The position numbers and the translations under genes are program-made. Below the pieces are notes generated by a model. It saw only the letters and a list, made by a program, of their open reading frames with translations. It ran no database searches and was not told where the DNA came from. Below, piece by piece: positions 9,362 to 20,200 of a DNA stretch of 40,333 nucleotides (the stretch's first letter is position 1; every line of letters starts with the position of its first letter). Source of the stretch: a virus (taxonomy: Duplodnaviria > Caudoviricetes); IMG/VR virus record IMGVR_UViG_3300044217_003911, positions 1 through 40,333 of that record; one strand, written 5' to 3'.

Positions 9362-10283
9362 GATTTTTCGTCCTCATTGTCGGAGACAGTCGGTTCCCTT
9401 TCAGGCAGACGGACCAACAGACGGACGAAGCCGCCAGCCTGACCGACTGTCTGCGAGAATGTGCTGGTATTGATGAAATGGAATCGCTCAAGGGATGAGC
9501 GTTTGGATAGTCTGGGGGCTGGTCTATCGGCTTTGCTGACTGGCGTAATAGTCTGTGTGGAAATGCCACCTCATCGGGCACCTATAACGCTATGCGTAAG
9601 ATGGTCGTAACGATGGGCCTGATTCGTGGTTGCACCACGGTTGATTACACACGCTGTCGATGAAGCCAATAGATGATGTGAGTGGTGATCTAAAAGATGA
9701 CCTGTAAGACTTACCTGAAAGAAGTAATCTCAGGTGCCAGTCTTCTAGATCCCCCGCCACCCCGTAGTCAGCCCAACAGAAACACTGTCAGGTCGCTCGG
9801 ATTGCGCTCAGGGCCACCACCTCCTGAGAATCCTTCCGCCGTTCTTCAGGGCATCCAAGACCCAATGTCAGGTCAAATATGGATGCTCAACGCTGCACAC
9901 CTTGAGTCTGTCGGCGGGCGAAGCCGAGCAAGACACTTAGCGGCAGCTTGAACGGGCTGTGTCGGGTTGATCCTGTTCTCATGCATCCCAGCGAATGGGA
10001 CCGTTACTAAGGCTCTCCCGAAAGCGATTAAGCTACGGTTATGACGGGGCGAAGGTTGATCTCAGTATGCCGAGCCTTCTTAGATTGCCCCCAGAAGAGG
10101 CAGTCCTCTTCCTGAGGTGCAGGGTAATCAATTTGGACTTTTGCGGCCTCCTGAACGCTTTGATAGAAAAATCAGTAGTGATGCCCTGCTGAAAAAAGAA
10201 AGCGCCTTGAGCGTCAACACAGCCACTTCTATCGGGGGTGGTAAATCAGGGCGTAGAAAGTTGGTTGCTTCCTTGGCACAGGC

Positions 10284-10643
10284 TCAGCGCAATATGTCCC
10301 CAATCGTCGCGGCTAGTTCTTCACCTTTCTCGGTAAGGTGGATGAGCTTCTTACGGCGTTCTTTGGGGTCTTCCTCTGTCCAGACCAAACCGAATCCAGG
10401 TTTATCGTGTTCTTCCCACTCGGACAGAACAGCAATCGTTCTTGAGCATGTCGCCTGTTTGGTATCGGTCTGCTTTCGGAGTTCGTGCATTGAGATGCCA
10501 GGATTCGCCGCGATATAGGTGAACAGTGAAGCCATCTTGAAAGTCATGTCTGAATGAATCTGGCGAAATTCTTGGATAACGCTCAGGGCGCGCCGCAAGT
10601 AGATTCTTTCGCTCAGGGGTAGTGGTTGGGGCTGGCTGTCCAT
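10284..10643 (-). CDS. MarR-type winged-helix transcriptional regulator (putative island repressor)
   Basis: ANPGISMHELRKQTDTKQATCSRTIAVL...GLVWTEEDPKERRKKLIHLTEKG; AGAGG RBS. Confidence 0.85.
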   Translation of the reverse strand: MDSQPQPLPLSERIYLRRALSVIQEFRQIHSDMTFKMASLFTYIAANPGISMHELRKQTDTKQATCSRTIAVLSEWEEHDKPGFGLVWTEEDPKERRKKLIHLTEKGEELAATIGDILR

Positions 10644-10664
10644 TATGTGGTTCCTCTTTGTGGG

Positions 10665-10997
10665 CTACAGGAATCGTATGCTTTGATGCCTGGCGTCACA
10701 AGCCACAGCAAACCGAACGTCTAACCAGCGGGCAAAGAACACGGCCAGCTTTGGATGCGCCCAGGTGCCGCCATACCGTCCACGGGTTGAAGAAATGAGG
10801 GGAATCCCCCTCAATACTTGTTCTAATTCATTTATGTATTCATCGGTGGACTTCAGCTTAAAGAACTCACGTTGATCCTTACCGAACTGCTTAGCGGCCT
10901 TCGTCATGTTGAAGTAACCGTCTTCTCGGAAGGTCAGGGTCTTGCCGTTCCACTGTTTGGTAGCAATTGAGGTTTGTTTGATCTCAACATCAGCCAA
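10665..10997 (-). pseudogene. Second KilA-N domain fragment
   Basis: FREDGYFNMTKAAKQFGK...GRYGGTWAHPKLAVFFARWLDVRFAVACD, then stops; TTG start without an evident RBS. Confidence 0.75.
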
Positions 10998-11106
10998 TAA
11001 AGATGAGAACCAGAGATGAGAGCGCCCCCAAGCGGTGCGGCCTTGGAAGAGGACCAGTCTGACCAGCCCTCTTCTCGATGATTATGGCTCTATATGCATT
11101 TGCCTA

Positions 11107-11460
11107 TCAGCTACCGTTTAGCTTACGGTATTCCGACATCATTTTTCTCAGCTTTCGTTCCCGCTTTAAGCTCCAGTCATATTCCTTGGCCGTTAAATTT
11201 CTATTTTGCCGATCTTCTCCATTCCAAAGCATGTCTTCCAGTTCTTGTGCTTCCCGAGCCATCTCTTCGTAAGTCGGTCCAATCCAAACCTTTCGAAAAG
11301 GGTTGTATCCCTTTTGGACACAAACGATGACGCCAACCGCAATGCAGACACCTAGAATACGAACCGACATCAAATCGGCCTCTTGCCCCATTTTCACGAC
11401 ATATCCTGAAGCCAGGAACAAGACACCCGCGACAATTGCACCCAAATTCCGACCATTCAT
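11107..11460 (-). CDS. Small two-TM membrane protein
   Basis: Two hydrophobic segments followed by a charged C-terminal tail. Confidence 0.65.
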   Translation of the reverse strand: MNGRNLGAIVAGVLFLASGYVVKMGQEADLMSVRILGVCIAVGVIVCVQKGYNPFRKVWIGPTYEEMAREAQELEDMLWNGEDRQNRNLTAKEYDWSLKRERKLRKMMSEYRKLNGS

Positions 11461-11541
11461 ACCGCTCTACCCTGTCTTATTTGCTCAACAATCAGCCTAA
11501 ATTGGATGAGCATTTGGCATCAACCAATGGTTACACTAGAT

Positions 11542-13305
11542 TCAATACAGGTGGCTCAGGTCTAGCCCCCTATACTCAAGTTGACACATGGCCTCATTCA
11601 GCACGTCTAGCGAGTACCCTGCCCCGTACCTACCAGACATCCCCGATTCGCTATGGCCCTGTAGCGCGTCCATGATGTCTTTGGAAATGCCCGAGTTTCT
11701 ACAGGCGTCCTCGAAGTTGTGGCGTAGCGAGTGAAAAGCGTTTTGCTCACGTTTGACCTTGAGATCAACAAGCAGCGATATGAAGCGCTTGGAGTAAACG
11801 GACGAATAGTAACCATCATTGCCCATCCGCATGTCTGGGAACACCCGTTTGTTACCTTGCTGGCGCATCTTCTGGACATGCTCAAGGAAACCTAACCGCT
11901 TCAACTCGGGATGGATGGGCGTCTGTCGGCGACTGCCAGGGTTTTTAAGCTTTTTATCATCACCATCAACGTTGATGTCTATGATGTCGATACCATCTAT
12001 ATTTTTCACATCAGAAACATACAGTTGCAGGATTTCCTGCATCCTCGCACCGGTAAACAGACCAATCAAAGGTGCCCAATACATACCCGAGTTCGTGGGA
12101 ATTAAGGAGCCTGGCTGTTTCCAAAAGTGCAGTGACTTACAGCCGGTGAATACTGGAGCCTGGAATATCGTCTGAAGCTCGCTCAACGTGAAGGGGTCGC
12201 GTTCTTCCCGAGCGCTTTTCTTGATGGTGACTTTCAGGCCGTTCAACGGGTTGGGCGGGCATTCATCATATTGCTTCGCTGCCCAATTCCAAAAGGCACC
12301 GGCGTAGCCAATCAGCTTGTTCACGTTCTTGGCGGACATTGGAGCCATGCCCAATTCGCTAGCTCGCTCGGCTGCCCTATCGACACGAAGCCCCTTGAGT
12401 TCTTTCTGTTTCGTCCAGTTGCTAGGAAGCTTCATCAGCGTTGACTTGAAAGCCCTACCGTCAGCCTTTGCATAGGCGGCCAGCGGCTTATCCCCCGCCA
12501 CGGTGATGAATTTATCGATGGTGGCGCGATGATCGTTAGTAGTCTTTTGAGACCATCCAGGCGATTTCTCAGCTATCCATTCTTCAACGACAGCCGAAAG
12601 CCGAACACCGCTCCTAGCGTCTGCCTCTGGAACGGCGGCCTGTGAAACCTGAGAGCTAACGGTTGGTGTAGGCACCACCTCGCCTTCATTACGCGCTTGT
12701 TGGTCTTTACCTGCCCGTATATAGGCCGCTTGGATTGCTCGGACTAGAGGTCGCCAACTCGGGGAATCAGGAGACAAGGACAGCTCAACACCATCCCATG
12801 ACAAAACATCTTCAGCCTCGCCCTTGAAGAAGACATCTTGTTGACCACGGGCATAGCTGCGGCGAGTGGATGCAAGGCTATCATCAACTTCCTGGGCGTA
12901 CTCATCGAAGTCCCACCGCTCCCAGTCTGTTCCTGGTTCCCCTGGTTCTTCCTCAAAGATGCCTTCTGTCCTGATGTCTTCGTCTTCATCCAATATCGAA
13001 GCATGGTAGAGACTTGCAAGGCGCTCTATCTGTTCATCGGTTAGGTAGTCTAGGGGCTTGGCTTGGGCTGATACCCAACGGCGGTGCTTATCAAACTTTC
13101 TGTCGACCTCAACCGCAGCTTTACGGACAAGCCGCAACGCTTCGTGATAGTTGGAGGTATTGAGGGAAAAGGTCTCTTCCGCTTTGGGGTAACTGCCCTG
13201 GATGTCTTGGGGGATGGCTGCCCGATGATAGTAACGAGCGCCACGGCGATACAGGCGAGGATGTCCGGTAACTTTCACTGTGCTCATGGCCTCCCAATGT
13301 AACAC
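11542..13305 (-). CDS. int: Tyrosine integrase with DUF6538-like N-terminus
   Basis: LYRRGARYYHRAAIPQDI N-terminus; catalytic motifs FTGARMQEI, K(LKN), FHSLRHNF, LQGHS, RYG; adjacent to the att. Start may be ATG at 13287. Confidence 0.95.
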   Translation of the reverse strand: MLHWEAMSTVKVTGHPRLYRRGARYYHRAAIPQDIQGSYPKAEETFSLNTSNYHEALRLVRKAAVEVDRKFDKHRRWVSAQAKPLDYLTDEQIERLASLYHASILDEDEDIRTEGIFEEEPGEPGTDWERWDFDEYAQEVDDSLASTRRSYARGQQDVFFKGEAEDVLSWDGVELSLSPDSPSWRPLVRAIQAAYIRAGKDQQARNEGEVVPTPTVSSQVSQAAVPEADARSGVRLSAVVEEWIAEKSPGWSQKTTNDHRATIDKFITVAGDKPLAAYAKADGRAFKSTLMKLPSNWTKQKELKGLRVDRAAERASELGMAPMSAKNVNKLIGYAGAFWNWAAKQYDECPPNPLNGLKVTIKKSAREERDPFTLSELQTIFQAPVFTGCKSLHFWKQPGSLIPTNSGMYWAPLIGLFTGARMQEILQLYVSDVKNIDGIDIIDINVDGDDKKLKNPGSRRQTPIHPELKRLGFLEHVQKMRQQGNKRVFPDMRMGNDGYYSSVYSKRFISLLVDLKVKREQNAFHSLRHNFEDACRNSGISKDIMDALQGHSESGMSGRYGAGYSLDVLNEAMCQLEYRGLDLSHLY

Positions 13306-13379
13306 CTCACTGGGGCAGCCAGAAACAAAAAAGCCCCGAGGTCAGTATGTTACTGATTCCTCAGGGCCTCATGTCTGTA

Positions 13380-13438
13380 TGGCGGAGGGACAGGGATTCG
13401 AACCCTGGAAAGGCTATTAACCTTTGCCGGTTTTCAAG
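13380..13438 (-). pseudogene. 3' half of tRNA-Ser(TGA): att site shared by island and prophage
   Basis: Reverse complement CTTGAAAACCGGCAAAGGTTAATAGCCTTTCCAGGGTTCGAATCCCTGTCCCTCCGCCA gives anticodon loop, long variable arm, T arm and CCA; the 5' half is absent. Confidence 0.9.
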
Positions 13439-13642
13439 TTACATGATTATCAAGCAAGCACCACTAAAACACTGACATATAAGGGATTTCGCGCCGGACG
13501 CCCGTGACAAGATCCCCTTGTAATGCCCTCAAATTCCCTTGTTGTGACAGGAGGCACCCACTGTCAGTCACGAATCCGTCACAGCGATATTCCCGCCTTG
13601 AGGCACTCGAAAAAACCCCACCGCCTCGTCTACTCTTTCCTT

Positions 13643-14200
13643 ATGGAATTATTTAATCAGTGGCACTACATCTTTGAGTTCACCGACGCCGAGCGCGCCA
13701 AGATCCAGGCCGAAACGCGACTGCTCACTCACCGAGCGGGATACGGCATTTTGGTTGGCGTGATCACGACCCTGGCCGTCTTCCTGTCGCAGTGGCCCTG
13801 GATGGGCGAGCCTCACCTAATCCATGGCTACGCCACCTACGGCTCGCTGCCGGCTGGCCTGGTGGTCGGGCTTCTGACGCCCCACTGGATCACTTGGCAC
13901 TGCTACAAGCGCTGGCGTGATGTATGGACACCCCTGGCCAGGTCCAGGCGAGAGCTGAAGGGCCTGGAGACCCAGCCACCCACTCGCCCGGCTACGCTTA
14001 TCGAGATGGTCGATCGTCGAGTGATCAAGCTAACCCCAGGAAACTGCACGGCCCTGCTGATGTTCGGCTTTTTGGCCATCGCCATGATCCTCGGGCCAAT
14101 CCTGATGCTGAATCCGATTACCCGCGCACTGGCCGCCCTATTCTTGTTGTGCAGCTTCTTTATCTCCCTTCTCTTGGGTGACCGCCTGGGGCGTCATTAA
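13643..14200 (+). CDS. Moron-like ~4-TM membrane protein
   Basis: Opposite strand to the late operon; hydrophobic pairs; likely start MELFNQ at 13643; stop overlaps the stop of the giant gene (ttaa, 14197-14200). Confidence 0.7.
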   Translation: MELFNQWHYIFEFTDAERAKIQAETRLLTHRAGYGILVGVITTLAVFLSQWPWMGEPHLIHGYATYGSLPAGLVVGLLTPHWITWHCYKRWRDVWTPLARSRRELKGLETQPPTRPATLIEMVDRRVIKLTPGNCTALLMFGFLAIAMILGPILMLNPITRALAALFLLCSFFISLLLGDRLGRH

Positions 14201-17200
14201 CGCCCCAGTACCTCGCGACGGTACTCCCTGTTGAAGTAATCCACCTCAGACTCGATAGCCTCTTCGATTCTCTCGACGGCCTCGTTCCGTTCATCTTCCG
14301 AGATTGCTTCGTCAGCCTCGATCGCGTCGCGCTCACTGCGCAGATCTTTGAGAACCTGCTCAACTTCAGTGGCCACGTCGAAGAGGTCGATCTTCGCCTG
14401 GTGGTTACGGTAGAAGGCCTCGGCCTTGTCGGCCGGCAGGTTATCCAGCTGCTCGGCGTATTGCCCGACTTCGTCCCGGCGCTGATAGAACGTATCCATG
14501 TCACCGTAATCGCTCACGCTGCCAAGAATCTTGCCGACGAACGGTATACGCCAGCGCTCCATCTTCTCACCTTGAGCAACGCGAGAAATAGCATCGACAG
14601 TCTTCTCGGTGAAGCCGTAGGCACCACCACCGTAAAAGTTCGTGAGGTGCTGGAAGGTCTCCGGCGCGATATCGACACTGCCTGATACATACTCGCTTCC
14701 GCCGGTGAGCTTGTTGAGGAACTCGGCGAATGACTTGTAAGCGTTCGGCGTCGATCGGAATGACCGCGAGCTGTCCGGCGAGGGCGTGCCAAACGGGAAC
14801 TCTTCCCGGTAAATCGGCTGCCCTGAAAAGTCCTCGTTAACCGCCAGCTGGGTGATCGAGCGCAACAGTGTGGGCGAGATGTTCTTCGCCAGCACATTCT
14901 CTGCATCATCGGACCCCTCAAAGCCCACCGGGCTAAAGCTGCCAAGAGCCGCGAGCATAAAGTCCTGGCCAGCGCTGACAAGGTCTTTCTCGCCACTCAG
15001 GACCGCCTCAAAATGCGTGCCAATAACGGAAAACACGTTGTACCCATAGGGCAGCGGAACCGAGACATAATCCTTGTCGCCGGTCATGAGAACCAAGTTC
15101 CGCTCCTTGATATAGCTTGGGACTTTATCCCAGTACAGCTGGCCATCCTCGTCCTCGTCGGAAATCATCCGGTTAAACATGCTGAGCACGAACGAGCCGG
15201 TGACCATGCCAGCCGCAAGCTTTTGGGCCAGGTTCATTCTCGACCAAGCGTTGATCCGGCTTTTTCCTCGCTGAGGCGGGTCGATCGTGACCATGGCCCT
15301 GGCGAAGTTGGCCGTACCCTGCACGCTGGCATTGAAGAACATGTAAGCCGAGTTGAAGAGCGTGCCTAGCTCGCCCCGACGGTTAAAGTTGACGGTCATG
15401 TTTTTGGCCAACGATGCCGCCTTAGGCCGTGAGATACCGGCTTTCCGTGCATTGACGTAGGCGCTCAGACGAACCGCGTTCTCAACTGCCCCGTTGACGT
15501 TTTCAACAAAGTCGGCGGTGGCCTTGCGCCCTTTGAGCATGGCTGCCATTGAACCACCGCTGGACCTGCGCATCATCTTCTGGATAGCTTTGGCCTGGCT
15601 GTCGATGTCCTTCATGTCGAAGTAGCCCGTCTTGGCACCATCTTCCATGAACTCCTGGAAGTAATGATCCCAGATGCGCCCGGGTCCGGTGGACCGAGAG
15701 GGCTTACCTGACAGCCCCCGGTAGGCGGCGCGCATGGCTGGACGGATATCGCGAGCCGTCTGGCGAAGGATATGCTTGCCTTTGATCTTGCCGTCTTCGC
15801 GGGTTTGCTCAGCCGAGAGGTTGAGCATCGCTGTTTGGACGTCGCGCAAGAAGTTGCTGATCAAGAACTCCGGGTTGTAGCTCGTCACCAGGCTTGCCAT
15901 CGTGCGCACGACGCCACCGATACCCCGGACCAAGATGTTGTTGCTCTCAGGCCCGACGTTGCGCATGGCGTTTAGCAGGCGCTCGTTATGGAGCTTGAGG
16001 TAGAAGGTCTGGCCGTTCGACTTGACCTTGAAGTAGCGGTCATTCATTTCCATGGCCACCGGGGCCAGCTCGACAAAGATCCGCTTCTCGCCGGTATCCG
16101 GATCGGTGCGGGTGACCTTCTGGCGCTGGACGTCAGGACGATCCCGAGTGAAAACCTCCCAGACGTCAGGGTTCGGGTTGTCGTTCATGAGCGAGAGCAG
16201 GGATTGCCCCACCTCGTTCTTGCGCCGGCGGACAAGCGACTGGGTGGTATCCACGATCGCCTGAGTAGACGGTGAGGCGGCCTTGGATCTACGACCAAGC
16301 GAGGTCCGGGCCTCGCTGCCAGAGATCTCGAAACCTCGTCCCGTGCTCTGACGGCGGGCACCCTGCTCTCCGCCCGGCGCGTCCTCATCCCGAGCCCAGC
16401 CCTTGAGTGGTACATAGGCCTCGTAGCTGGCCTCCCAGGCGTCCACGGTGCCATCGGTCTCTAGTCCGCCCTCTCGGATCGCCTCTCGGCGAAGCCGGAG
16501 CATTTCATAGACGATGTTGGCCAGGCGATCGAAGTCCTCCTGCTTGCCGCTGTTCTCGACCATCTCGATGATCTCGCTGGCCTCAGCGTTCGTCATGCCA
16601 GAACCGCCATCCTGGTAGCGGCTGTCGCCTGGGTTTCGCTCGGCGATGACTTGGTTGCGCTCTGGCGCGTGTCGGGCATACAGGTAGGCGTCCAATGCCG
16701 CCTGCTCGATGTCGGTCTCGGCCAGGCCATCAGCCAGACGTTTAACGTACTGCTCCTCGAGGTTGCGGAGATCCCGCTCGGTCTTGCCGTGGAAGAGCTC
16801 CTCGGCCAGGTAGGCATCGTTTTCCTCGTTGACCTGACCACCGGTCTCCTGGATCTTCTGCTCCAGACGCTTAATCGGCAGCATCTTGTCGGCGATCTTG
16901 CGCAGGAAGGTGTCTGTCAGGGATTCATCCGGCAGTCCGAAACGGGTCGAATCGTTGTCGCTGTAGGCACCACCGGGCGGCTCCTCGATATTGACGCTCG
17001 AATCCTCGCTGGCCTGGCCGGCATCGTTGTCGAGACTGTAGCGAGGATCTGTATCAGCGCGGCCCTCGGTCCAGGCCCACTCGGGCATCAGGCCTGTCTT
17101 CTGGTCAGCAAAGACTGTATCCAGGATCCCGGCGGTGCGGTTGTGCTCACCGTAGGGGCCGAAGTTCAACCAGCTGTTCTGACCCCGGGTCTCGCTGGTC

Positions 17201-20200
17201 AGGGCGCCAATAGCGGGGCCGTGGAACAGCCGGACGTGCGCCTGCCAGGCATTCTCCTCCCCGCGAGCGCGGAACCCAGCCCCTTCCAGGCCGTGGCCGA
17301 AGGCGTCGTGAACCGCTCGGAACAGGTCGTTAGCCAGCACTCGGCGGCGCGGGCCGTCCGGTGAGCCGAACGCCCACTTGATTCCGGTATCTTCGAGCAG
17401 CGGGTTGTCGGTTGGGTCGAAGTCCTCGTCGGTGCCGAAACCGTCCTCAGTGGTGAACACCGCCATTCGCTTATTGACCCGCAGGTCGCGCATCGCGTTC
17501 CAGGGGTTGCCGTCGTAAGGGTCGGTTTCCCCGTCGAAGAAATAGAACTCGTAGCCCGCATTCACCAGGGCATCATACTGAGCCCGGGTCTGGCGGACGA
17601 GATCCTGGTAGGCTTCCTTGACGCGCGGATCCTGGGGCGCGTGCTCCATCTCTTCATAGGCCTGAGCAATTCGCTCGGCCCGCTCGACATCGACCTCTAC
17701 GTATTCGGCTTGCCTTTGGAGGTCGATTCCGTTTTGTTCGGCGTATCGCTCGGCGACTCGGTTGAGCTCCGGGTCCGGCCCTGTTGCCCCTCGTATAGTC
17801 GGCGTACCCTCAAGCGGCGTTGTGCCTCGGCTCGGCGCCCGTCCTCCTCGGTTTCCGGTCGATTGACGTCGTCCTCCGTCATTGGTGTCTCCTGTCAGTG
17901 AGTAGCGCGGATCAGTTCCCTCGAAGGGGTTGTAGCTCGGATCGTAGACCATGTAGACCACGTCCGGTTCGCCGCCATTGAAGGGGGCGAATAACTCTTT
18001 ATCCCACCCCTCGGGGCGATAATCCTCATTCCAGCTATCCCGGCCAACCTCCTTGAAGCCGTTCACGGCATAGATATCAGGAAGCACTGTATCAAAGCCG
18101 TCGAGCTTAGTACCGCCTTGCTCGACAGCGAGGACCAGCATCGGATGAACCTTACCACCGCCATCAGAGAATACACTAACGATGTCGCCGTCTTCCTTGA
18201 TCGCCAGACCGCTCTTCCCGTCCGGCGTCATGAACAGGCGCATGTTCTGGTAGTCGTTGGGAGGATAGACGTAGACGGCGGCGCCGTACTTGGATTGCTT
18301 CTTCGACTCGTTGATGGCGTCGGTGAAGCGGCGCGCGCTCTCGGGTGAGGTATCCAGCTCCTGCAGCTCCACCTCAGGGAGGCGGGTATCGCGGAGAAGG
18401 TTCCGGAATGCGGGTTTCGGGCGGTAGCTGGCGACTACCCCCCGAAGTCCTCGATCATTTCCAGGGCTTCTGCGCGTGAAACTCCGTGCCGTCTCATGAC
18501 CATCTCGGCCAGGTCGTTGGGCGGCGAACTCTCTCCGCTGCCGGTCTCTCTCGCTAAGCTCGCGGCGCTGGCCGTCTCGGGATCCAGGCCTTCCTGGAAG
18601 GGCTCGGGCAGCATTGCTTCCCCTTCGGCCTCGAGGTGCGCTTCCGGATTCTCCAGATCCGGATAGGCCAGCTCCAGATACATCTCTCTGGTAAGTGGCA
18701 GTTCCTGCCGGATCATTAGCTGTACGATCGGATCCTCCCCAGCGGTTGAAATCAATTCCGCCGGCGTGATCCCAGATCTGTCGTCTTGTCTGCTCAAGAG
18801 TTGCCCTCCCGTTCTTGAAGTCAGTCCATACATCTACAATTTTAGCAGTGTTGGCGGCCTGCGCCTTATACCCAGGCCGAAAGAGTTCGCGGATCATCTC
18901 CCAAGTTATGGACTGCATCTCTCGAGGCAACACATCGCGCTTGGCAGCGGCGTTCCGATACGCCTCGGCGTAGATGGCGTAAGTCCCGCTGATGCCGTAG
19001 GCGCTGTTACTTCCCGGGCCGGTCTCGCCCGTCACGTTGCCGCCGAAGTTGTGGAGAACCTCTCGAGAGCCTCCGGCCAAGGGCTGTAGCAGGCCAGCTG
19101 CCACGGCGTGAGTGTCGATGGTCACGAAGCCACGCTGGCTGTTGGGCGCGACGATATTGTTGTAGAAGTTGCGGACTTTGTGCTGGCCACCCAGCTGGGC
19201 GTTGAGATTGGCATCGCTGCCGTCGCGCAGCAGGTCGACCGCTTTCTTGATCTCGTTGTTGCTACCCCAGGCGACCTTGGCGTTCTCACCCCTGTCGGTG
19301 GTGGCAAAGTCGCCGAGGCTGCCGTCCGGGTTGATGTTGCGATAGGCGCGATCGTTGAAGGTCTCGTCGAAGACGCGGATCCAGGCGCCCTGGCTCATGG
19401 CATCCTCGATCTCCGATAGCCGCTTGCCCTCGATCGTCTGACGCAGTGACGCGTAGCTGTCCTTGCCATAGACCCGGTTGAGGGTGTCGGTCATGGCTGG
19501 CGACCAGGCGGTATTCTGCTGCTCGGTCCAGGTGTCGAGAAGGCGCTCAGCAAGGCTGGCGTTCTGGAACCAGTCCTTCTGTGGGCTGAGGGCAGCGATA
19601 ACACCGGCGGTCTGCTTATTACTGAGGCCATAGCGCTCGGCCCAGGTTCTGGATACCCGGTTCGCGCCTTCGTACCAGCGCTTAACCTGGTCGCGCACGT
19701 CGCTGGGCACCATATCGAACAGCCACAGCAGGTTGCTCTCGACGTGGCTGCGAAGGCGGGCCAGCTTCTTCTGCGGGGTGTTCGCTCCTGCTGTTGGTCG
19801 GAAGTTTGGGTAGTTCTCGATCAGCTCTGCCTGGCGCTCGTCGAGTTGTGCCTTGCCCAAGGTCTTAATATCCAGCTGGCCGTAGTTGGCCTGGGGATCG
19901 AACGTCTTCTTCATCGCCTTGGGGAAGCGGACGCTGACGGTCGGCGCGTTCTTGACTCGCTTGGGCAGCCCCTTCTCCCCCTCACGGATCCGGTAGCGAA
20001 CCGTGTCGCCACCCCCTTCACGGCGAGCCAGGGCTGCCTGTGAATCGGCAATCAGGTCTACGATCTCCTTGCGTCCCCATTCCTTGGCCACCCGGGGTCC
20101 GAAAGCGCGGCGCAGCCAGCGGCGGATAGCGGAGACCATCCGATCCAGGGCGGTCGAGCTCGGATCGGTTTGAGCCAGATGGGCGGCGTACTCTTCGGCC

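Larger units (their letters stand above)
2887..13397. mobile_element. tRNA-Ser-integrated genomic island / putative phage satellite (~10.5 kb)
   Basis: Flanked by an 18-bp direct repeat; tyrosine integrase next to the tRNA; phage-type regulators, resolvase and one virion protein; no capsid, portal or terminase. Confidence 0.88.

Noticed and set aside
8849-10283. Retron or other RT-linked system suggested by RNase H plus a non-coding region
   Set aside because: No reverse transcriptase (no YADD-type ORF) in the island.
13380-13438. Functional tRNA-Ser gene
   Set aside because: The 5' acceptor strand, D arm and 5' anticodon stem are missing; it is an att remnant.
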